A stretch of DNA of 54,735 nucleotides from Nitrososphaerales archaeon (GTDB lineage: Archaea; Thermoproteota; Nitrososphaeria; Nitrososphaerales; JACAEJ01): assembly GCA_049699795.1 (NCBI GenBank), contig JBNAWJ010000021.1, positions 1 through 54,735 on the forward strand, read 5' to 3'. Numbering within the stretch: the stretch's first letter is position 1; every line of letters begins with the position of its first letter. A program made the position numbers and the translations under genes. The notes below the pieces were generated by a model. The model saw only the letters and a list, made by a program, of their open reading frames with translations, made no database searches and was not told the DNA's origin. This document shows positions 48,445 to 54,735 of this stretch, piece by piece.

Positions 48445-49050
48445 ATGAGATATCTTGGAATAGACCTTGCTGGAGTTGAAACTAGAGAAAGCGGTTTTTG
48501 TGTACTTGATGAAGATTTAAGGGCTAAGGTCCTGACTTTAAAAAGCAATAATGAGATAATCAATCATATCATCAAAACAAGACCAGATATAGTAGCAATA
48601 GACGCTCCATTAAGCCTTCCTTTTGGTAGATGTTGTCTGAAGGATACATGCTCATGCAGAAACAAAGGTCATCTAAGGCAATGTGATAGAGAGCTTTTAA
48701 AGATGAAGATAAAATTCTTCCCAGTAACATTAGGACCTATGAGAAAACTGACTGAAAGAGGTATAAAACTCAAGGAGATCATTGAGGGAAAAGGCTTCAA
48801 AATTATTGAAGTTTATCCAGGAGGCGCTCAAGATATGCTTGGAATACCGAGAAAGCAGAAAGGCATAGATGAATTAAGAAAAGGTTTGATGAAGATTGGC
48901 ATAAAAGGAATATCTAAAGTTATTAGCCATGATGAATTAGACGCAATAACATCAGCATTAGTTGGAAAGATGTATATCGAAGGTAATTACTTGGCATTGG
49001 GTAATTCTGAAGAGGGATTGATAATAATGCCTAAAAAATTTCATAAATAA
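48445..49050 (+). CDS. DUF429-like predicted RNase H-fold protein
   Basis: MRYLGIDLAG...GFCVLD...IVAIDAPLSLP and C-terminal HDELDAITSAL are present. Assigned from memory. Confidence 0.55.
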   Translation: MRYLGIDLAGVETRESGFCVLDEDLRAKVLTLKSNNEIINHIIKTRPDIVAIDAPLSLPFGRCCLKDTCSCRNKGHLRQCDRELLKMKIKFFPVTLGPMRKLTERGIKLKEIIEGKGFKIIEVYPGGAQDMLGIPRKQKGIDELRKGLMKIGIKGISKVISHDELDAITSALVGKMYIEGNYLALGNSEEGLIIMPKKFHK

Positions 49051-49073
49051 TTTAGAAATGGTGAATTTTATCA

Positions 49074-50126
49074 TTGAATGAGAAGATAGTCATAGATGGT
49101 AGCTATGGAGAAGGGGGAGGTCAGATTCTAAGGACTAGTGTTGCTTTATCTACAGTCATGGGAATACCTATAGAAATATTGAAGATAAGAGCCAAGAGAG
49201 ATAACCCTGGGTTAAGACCTCAGCATATAGGAGCTATAAAGGCTGTAGCTTCTTTATGCAACGCTAATGTGGATAATTTAAGGATAGGTTCTGATAGAAT
49301 AGTCTTTACTCCTGGCAAGATGAGTTCAGCCTTTTTAAGATTAGACATTGGTTCTGCAGGTAGCATTACTTTATTACTTCAAGCAGTTATACCATCTGTT
49401 AGTCTAAGCAGGGTTGAATCAGAGCTTGAGATAATAGGCGGAACTGATGTAAAATGGAGCCCTACTATGAATTATTTTACTAAAGTTGTTTTGCCAGCCT
49501 ATAGACTATTGGGCATAGAAGCTGAGCTTGAAGTAAAGAGGAGAGGTTACTATCCATTAGGAGGAGGGATAGTTAGAGTTAGGATAAAACCAGCAAAGGA
49601 GTTGAAACCCTTAAACATTATCTCATCAGAGAATCCTTCGCCATCAATCATAAGCATATGCTCCAAATTACCTAGAAGTGTTGCTGAGAGACAGTTAAAA
49701 TCTGCCAGAGATTATCTTTCAAATCAAGGAGTAAATTTAAAAGATTTTGAAGTAAATGTTGAAGATTCTATAAGCCCAGGATCATCAATTCTTATCTATT
49801 CTGTGGGCGAGCAAGGTCCATTCATAGGCGGTGATGCTATAGGTGAAAAAGGCAAACCAGCGGAAGAGGTCGGGAAAGAAGCGGCTAAGCTCTTTTCTGA
49901 AGAATATCTTTCTAATGCACCTATAGATAGACATGTAGGGGATATGCTTGTAATATTCCTACCTTTTGCAAAAGGCGAGTCAAAGTTTAAAGTATCAAGA
50001 GTAACTCAGCATCTAAGTACAAATCTACATATAGCAAGCATGTTCACTAAATGTCAGTATAATATTGATGAGATGCCAGACGGTACAGCCCTAGTAAGCA
50101 TTAAACCTATAAATACAAATATATAG
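49074..50126 (+). CDS. rtcA: RNA 3'-terminal phosphate cyclase
   Basis: IDGSYGEGGGQILRTSVALS is the canonical RtcA N-terminus. TTG start. Confidence 0.88.
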   Translation: MNEKIVIDGSYGEGGGQILRTSVALSTVMGIPIEILKIRAKRDNPGLRPQHIGAIKAVASLCNANVDNLRIGSDRIVFTPGKMSSAFLRLDIGSAGSITLLLQAVIPSVSLSRVESELEIIGGTDVKWSPTMNYFTKVVLPAYRLLGIEAELEVKRRGYYPLGGGIVRVRIKPAKELKPLNIISSENPSPSIISICSKLPRSVAERQLKSARDYLSNQGVNLKDFEVNVEDSISPGSSILIYSVGEQGPFIGGDAIGEKGKPAEEVGKEAAKLFSEEYLSNAPIDRHVGDMLVIFLPFAKGESKFKVSRVTQHLSTNLHIASMFTKCQYNIDEMPDGTALVSIKPINTNI

Positions 50127-50143
50127 GATAAATTATTAGAGAA

Positions 50144-50752
50144 GTGATAACTTTGATACCTGAGCAATTTATACCTGGCGCTACAGCAGTAGGAATTACC
50201 TTCAAAGACGGCGTCATCTTAGGAGCAGAGAAAAGAGTTTCTTACGGCACTTACGTAGTTAGCAGGTCTGGCAGGAAGATCTTCAAGATAAGTGATAGAG
50301 TAGGGGCTGCTTGCGCAGGGATGGTAGCAGATATGCAAATCTTGGTTAGAGAGATGCAATCCCTTGTAAAGATAAGAGAGTTAGAGTTAAGAAGACCAAT
50401 GCCTCCAAACTCAGTAGCAAAACTGATGTCAGTCCTCCTCTTCGAGAGAAGGTTCTTTCCACTAATTACTCAAGTGATAATAGGTGGGGTTGATGATAAG
50501 CCATCAGTCTATGTTCTTGATCCATTAGGTTCAGTGATTCCTGATGAATATTCATGTGTAGGCTCTGGCACAGAGATAGCCATAGGCGTTGTTGAAGCAA
50601 ATTACTCTCGTAACATGGATGAAAAATCGGCAAAAGAGCTGCTGATAAAGTCCATAAGATCAGCCATACAGAGAGATGCAGCCAGCGGAGATGGCGTAGA
50701 TATTTTAACAATAACAAAAGATAGTTCGAAAGAAGAATCAATAACTTTTTAG
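50144..50752 (+). CDS. Proteasome beta-subunit paralog lacking the Thr1 nucleophile
   Basis: Aligned to the 43573-44229 paralog it reads G-ATAVG instead of G-TTTVG. Position 17 is Glu and Lys33 is retained. Confidence 0.8.
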   Translation: MITLIPEQFIPGATAVGITFKDGVILGAEKRVSYGTYVVSRSGRKIFKISDRVGAACAGMVADMQILVREMQSLVKIRELELRRPMPPNSVAKLMSVLLFERRFFPLITQVIIGGVDDKPSVYVLDPLGSVIPDEYSCVGSGTEIAIGVVEANYSRNMDEKSAKELLIKSIRSAIQRDAASGDGVDILTITKDSSKEESITF

Positions 50753-50760
50753 CACTAAAT

Positions 50761-50928
50761 TCATCTATAAGGCATCCAGTTGTACTTTCTTATCCTAGTA
50801 TCCTCGCCGAATCCACAATGAGAGCATCTTTTCTTTCTTACATGATAGGATTGCCTTCCGCACCTTCTGCACCTTATATGGGTCTTTCCTTTGCTATGTT
50901 TACCAAAAGAAGTAGTACCCTTGACCAT
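50761..50928 (-). CDS. rpl37e: Ribosomal protein eL37 (L37e), 55 aa (below the ORF-track cutoff)
   Basis: Hand translation gives [55 protein letters not shown]. This includes the zinc ribbon CRRCG...CSHCG. Confidence 0.85.
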   Translation of the reverse strand: MVKGTTSFGKHSKGKTHIRCRRCGRQSYHVRKKRCSHCGFGEDTRIRKYNWMPYR

Positions 50929-50956
50929 TTAGCCTCTTTATCTTATCCACTTTAAT

Positions 50957-52234
50957 ATGAATTTATACATATCGATGAACCATATTTTTGATAAGAAAAT
51001 GGAAGATAGATCCATCGAGGTTCAATTTGGTAGAGTAAAGAAAACTTACAAAATCATCGAAGATCCTCTTCCACACATTCTCATACCCTGCTCGAAGAAG
51101 ATAGTTCATGGTTGGTCTACTGGATACTTTTCTAATTTAAGTCGCAGAGAATGCTCTTCTGAAAGAATTCTTCTCAATCCCTATAACGGTTGCTCGATCG
51201 ATTGCCCTATGTGCTATTCTAGAGCCCTTAAAGGCTACTTTAAACTTTGGGATGATAAAGGAATAATCACTGTATTCAAAGACTTTGACATGAAGGTTGC
51301 AGAAGAGGTAAATCAACTATACGTGGCATCATGTGGCTATCTTAGCCCTACCATCGATCCATTCCAAAAGCCTATTGAAGATAAGTATCATCTATCTGAG
51401 AAGACAGCTTATGAATTCCTTAAACTCAATTTACCCATAGTCTTCATTACGAAGCAAGGAGACAATGTACCAATGAAACTCTTAGATAAAATGGCAGAGC
51501 ATCCTCATTCGTTCTGTGAATTCACCATATTGAGCTGTGATGATGAAATTCGCAAAATCTTCTCTCCTAGAGGTGCAAAGGTTGAGCAGCAATTTGACGC
51601 TGTGAGAAAAGCTACAGATAGAGGCTTATACACTGTAGTTCGCATGGACCCTTTATTCCCTGGCATAACGGATAATGAAAATTCCATAAGAGATTTAGTC
51701 ATGAGAGCAAAGCAAGAAGGTGCCAAGCATATGATTTTCAGCCTTTGTGACATAGACTCAGAGCACTTGTCGAAAATTTTCAATATCATAAGAGAATTCT
51801 TTCCAGATGCTTATCCGATATGGAAGAAAATTTATGTTGAGAAGATTGGTAGAGATTACAACGCATCGATAGATTATAGAAGAAAAATCTTCAAAATTTG
51901 TCGCGATATTTGCGATGATATAGGAGTAACTATGGCTTTATGCATGGAATTTGAGAGGATATTTAACAAGAAAATAATGTTCAAAGGACTTAACGATGAA
52001 TTTATGACTAGCAAGGTTTGTGAAGGTAAGATAGTGCCCTTATACCATAGATGGAAGCTTGATGAGCAATTCAAACCTATAATGAATTGTGATGGTAATT
52101 GTTTAGCCTATGCAAAAGGAAGAGGATCATGTAATCTGGCTTGTAATTTTCCTAAAATGGGCAGGGCTCAAGCTCTTAAGCTTGAGGATTATAAATCGTT
52201 TAGACCCTCTCAATTGACTTTGACAGGTATATGA
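50957..52234 (+). CDS. Radical SAM protein (SplB/COG1533-like)
   Basis: 425 aa with a CSIDCPMC cluster motif. The start position is uncertain. Confidence 0.6.
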   Translation: MNLYISMNHIFDKKMEDRSIEVQFGRVKKTYKIIEDPLPHILIPCSKKIVHGWSTGYFSNLSRRECSSERILLNPYNGCSIDCPMCYSRALKGYFKLWDDKGIITVFKDFDMKVAEEVNQLYVASCGYLSPTIDPFQKPIEDKYHLSEKTAYEFLKLNLPIVFITKQGDNVPMKLLDKMAEHPHSFCEFTILSCDDEIRKIFSPRGAKVEQQFDAVRKATDRGLYTVVRMDPLFPGITDNENSIRDLVMRAKQEGAKHMIFSLCDIDSEHLSKIFNIIREFFPDAYPIWKKIYVEKIGRDYNASIDYRRKIFKICRDICDDIGVTMALCMEFERIFNKKIMFKGLNDEFMTSKVCEGKIVPLYHRWKLDEQFKPIMNCDGNCLAYAKGRGSCNLACNFPKMGRAQALKLEDYKSFRPSQLTLTGI

Positions 52235-52653
52235 CAGCATTGAAGTAAGATATACTAAGCAAAGAAACGTCTTCTCTTGGCTATTATGATACATACTAAT
52301 AATTACAGATGCTATTAAGGCTAGAAGGGTAAGACTTGTTAGAGAACCTATATTCATCTCATTAATTGGGATCAAAGTCCCACCAATTTGACTAGGTAAT
52401 GCATTCCCAAAATCATTATGTAATGATTAACGGGGTCCATTTTTCACTAGCCACTAATGTTATAGGTCCTATTATGGTAGGAGTAGTTGCGATTCTTCCT
52501 TCTGGTAGAGTCTCTATAACGTAGAATATGTAGGTCCCTTCACCATCTATCCTCCTTCAGGGTCAACATAGAAAAGCGGTAATTCTCCTCTTCAATTCAA
52601 CCTCTTCAAAACATACATGAGTTTAGTATTTAAGATTTAACACTACTATTTTA

Positions 52654-52763
52654 GGGATTGTCAAAATAACGAGTTTAAGCTTAGACAAAAATAGACCAAA
52701 TTCTATCTCAAAGATTCATTAGTAATTTTTGTCTATTTTTATCCGCCTTATCTTGACAACCCC
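52654..52763 (-). mobile_element. 110-bp MITE-like element, copy 2, with a perfect 9-bp target-site duplication
   Basis: It is the exact reverse complement of 18704-18813. ACTATTTTA lies at 52645-52653 and 52764-52772, directly abutting both ends. Confidence 0.85.
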
Positions 52764-52786
52764 ACTATTTTATGCTATAATACATA

Positions 52787-53971
52787 TCAGTTCAAAGCCA
52801 TTGCTGCTTGTATCCCAGCAAAAGTATCTCCTAATCCAGTAAGTATCTTTGGCTCCTCATTCATAAAGGTAGGAATCAGGCATAAGTTATATCCATCTAC
52901 GCTCTTTTTAATTGGCTCAACATTAGACCTTGGTAATGATTTTGCTATATTCGAATTATCTTTTATCCCCCCAAGAGTTAATGCTGTAGCAGCTATACAT
53001 CCCGTCTCTAAAGCCTCTAACTCTCTCTTTACATCATATTTAGAAATTGAAAAGGCAAAATCTGCAGAATGAACACAGATTCTTTTCAATCCATAATTTT
53101 TAATTCCTTCTATAACAGCATCTATCAAGTCCTTCAAATTCATAGACTCAGCCTCAAAATAGGTAAAGCATTCATCCTCATTCATTCCCCACGACTCACA
53201 GCAGTTATTATCTGAGAACTTCTTCATAGCGTATCTTACAGAATCCTCGTTACCTCTACCTAGCTCAAAGTGAACTTTTGGTCTTCTAGGATTGTTAAGA
53301 TATTCAATAATCTCATCAGTTTTACTCTTATAATCTGGCAATAGTAAGTGGGCATAACCTATCATCAATACATCTGTAAACTTAGAGTCTGAGGCTCTTT
53401 CCAAGAAATCATAATCGAAAATACCCATGGATGACATCATATCCCAAGAGAATATTTGCCTTCCAGTGTTCATGATCCCTTTTCTCAAATCTCTCTTGAA
53501 CTCAAAGATTAAATGGTCATACTCTGGATCGTTCTCTCTTATGGCTTCCTTCGGAGATTTAATACTTCCTTTAAATACTACCTTAAAGTTAGGCGATGCT
53601 AACATTATGCTGCTTGGCCTACAAGGATAAGACACTAACGGCTCAAGACCTAATTCATATAAGGCTCTTCCCATATGGAAGCCATTCCCGCCTAAAGCTC
53701 TTCTTTTAATTTTAAAGATAGAATTTAGCTTTGAATAAAGCCTGTCTGAAATAAGTAATTCTTTTCCACCTTCTATTAACGCTTTATCTAATATGTATGA
53801 TACTTCCTCTACGCTTTCAAGAACTATTCCTTTGGGTCTCACTTTATCAGTTTTCTTTAACCATTCTAAGACTTTATCATCAACATTGATAAACGAATCC
53901 CAGTTAGAGTACAATCCAGTTGCAAAATTCTTTCGTGACATCTTCGCTCTTTTATCCTTAAAATATCTCAA
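52787..53971 (-). CDS. ADP-dependent sugar kinase family (glucokinase/phosphofructokinase-like)
   Basis: LGGNGFHMG, GMNEDE and a C-terminal TGLGDTFAG are present (ribokinase-superfamily GxGD). It is shorter than typical family members. Confidence 0.6.
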   Translation of the reverse strand: MRYFKDKRAKMSRKNFATGLYSNWDSFINVDDKVLEWLKKTDKVRPKGIVLESVEEVSYILDKALIEGGKELLISDRLYSKLNSIFKIKRRALGGNGFHMGRALYELGLEPLVSYPCRPSSIMLASPNFKVVFKGSIKSPKEAIRENDPEYDHLIFEFKRDLRKGIMNTGRQIFSWDMMSSMGIFDYDFLERASDSKFTDVLMIGYAHLLLPDYKSKTDEIIEYLNNPRRPKVHFELGRGNEDSVRYAMKKFSDNNCCESWGMNEDECFTYFEAESMNLKDLIDAVIEGIKNYGLKRICVHSADFAFSISKYDVKRELEALETGCIAATALTLGGIKDNSNIAKSLPRSNVEPIKKSVDGYNLCLIPTFMNEEPKILTGLGDTFAGIQAAMALN

Positions 53972-54727
53972 TCAGTCCTCAAGCTTTATACTCTCTTCGA
54001 AAGCCTTTCTTCTTAAATCCTCGAAATCTATTGATTCTCCTCCTACGACTTTCAGGCTAGGCTTGATTTCATCATCGATCTGTATTATGTTGTAACTGTT
54101 TGCAAAGAAGCCCCTTGTTCTTTCTGATGATAAAGTTCCTGCATGAACCGCCAACAGTCCTTCAAGTCTCCAAATCCAAGGTCGATGTCTATGACCACTC
54201 AAAACCAAATCAACATCAGAATAGGCAAGAGTCCTTAAAGCGTCTCCTGCATCAAGAACAGTAATTATGTCTGTCCCTGTGTCTGGTACAGGTATTACAT
54301 GATGATGCATGGCAACTATCCTTTTTTTACTCTTATACTTTGAAAGAGTTCTTTGAAGCCAAACGAGTTGCCTATGACCTATCTCACCTTCATCACGATC
54401 AGGGCGTGCAGTGCTTACCGTTACTATAACTAGATCATCAAATTCTATGATTCTTTTAGGCTCGAAAAATCTTTTGAAGAGAAGATAGCCTGTTGACTTA
54501 TAGTCATGATTCCCACTACAGTAGACCTTAATCTCGCAATCAAATCTGTCAAGATTTCTTCTTGCATCTTCATATTCTGAGATAATTCCGTTCTCTGTAA
54601 GGTCTCCTGTTACGATTAAAACATCTGGCTTTATGCTGTTTATCTCTTCAACAGCTTTATCGAATTTAGATTTCTGAAACTGTGGGCCACAATGTATATC
54701 AGAAATTTGGACTAAACGCATCCTCAA
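53972..54727 (-). CDS. Calcineurin-like metallophosphoesterase
   Basis: ISDIHCG, TGDLTENG, GNHD, MHHH and GHRH motifs occur in order. Confidence 0.8.
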   Translation of the reverse strand: MRMRLVQISDIHCGPQFQKSKFDKAVEEINSIKPDVLIVTGDLTENGIISEYEDARRNLDRFDCEIKVYCSGNHDYKSTGYLLFKRFFEPKRIIEFDDLVIVTVSTARPDRDEGEIGHRQLVWLQRTLSKYKSKKRIVAMHHHVIPVPDTGTDIITVLDAGDALRTLAYSDVDLVLSGHRHRPWIWRLEGLLAVHAGTLSSERTRGFFANSYNIIQIDDEIKPSLKVVGGESIDFEDLRRKAFEESIKLED

Positions 54728-54735
54728 TCATAAAA

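Noticed and set aside
47981-48563. Minus-strand track ORFs 47981-48337 and 48120-48563
   Set aside because: They overlap the plus-strand aspartic-protease and DUF429-like genes, which carry recognisable motifs (DSGA; GIDLAG...DAPLSLP).
18704-52763. A 34-kb invertible segment bounded by the identical inverted 110-bp elements
   Set aside because: The repeats could support homologous inversion, but a single sequence shows no sign that inversion occurs. It is kept only as a remark under the MITE finding.
1-54735. CRISPR arrays, rRNA genes, C/D-box or H/ACA sRNAs, and additional tRNAs
   Set aside because: No regularly spaced direct repeats were found, and there are no rRNA-like stretches. TGATGA occurrences in intergenic DNA (for example 15871 and 7686) lack a properly spaced CTGA D box or terminal stem. 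The only T-arm-like GGTTCAAATCC is in tRNA-Glu. A covariance-model scan would be needed to exclude small RNAs.

Overview
AT-rich archaeal chromosomal segment. It is mostly housekeeping genes, with small accessory and repeat insertions between them. Archaeal markers: sn-glycerol-1-phosphate dehydrogenase, GGGP synthase, an archaeal histone, PolD DP1 and DP2, Orc1/Cdc6, an Elf1-like zinc ribbon, LSm, SepF, an aCPSF1-type beta-CASP RNase, two proteasome beta genes, eS17, eL37 and an intron-containing tRNA-Glu. Elf1 + PolD + histone + SepF together suggest a TACK- or Asgard-like lineage, but no search was run. Metabolic core: ilvB-ilvN-ilvC-leuA-leuC-leuD on the + strand, convergent leuB, glyA and ilvD. 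A probable replication origin lies just upstream of cdc6 (36475-36738): inverted ORB-like boxes flank an A/T tract, and DP1 and DP2 are nearby. Main items from the hunt: (1) A Val/Leu-rich upstream ORF lies directly 5' of ilvB. It contains an anti-SD heptamer that can pair either with an upstream GGAGGAC or with the ilvB Shine-Dalgarno, so it is a candidate leader-peptide or translational attenuator. (2) There are several families of miniature inverted-repeat elements with clean 8-10 bp target-site duplications and no transposase in the window. One is a 110-bp element in two 100% identical inverted copies 34 kb apart. Another is a GCTTTGTGGCTTAATT-armed family that brackets a vapBC cassette between leuD and leuB. 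(3) The 3' end of a small wHTH gene is repeated twice downstream, and these copies bracket a relE-type TA pair, resembling att-site scars of integrated elements. (4) Several single-base frame disruptions occur: a DUF6448-like gene (two), a CBS remnant, and possibly the cdc6 5' end. They may be real decay or homopolymer assembly errors. No CRISPR array, rRNA, integrase or transposase gene was seen. All protein family calls come from reading the translations; no database search was possible.
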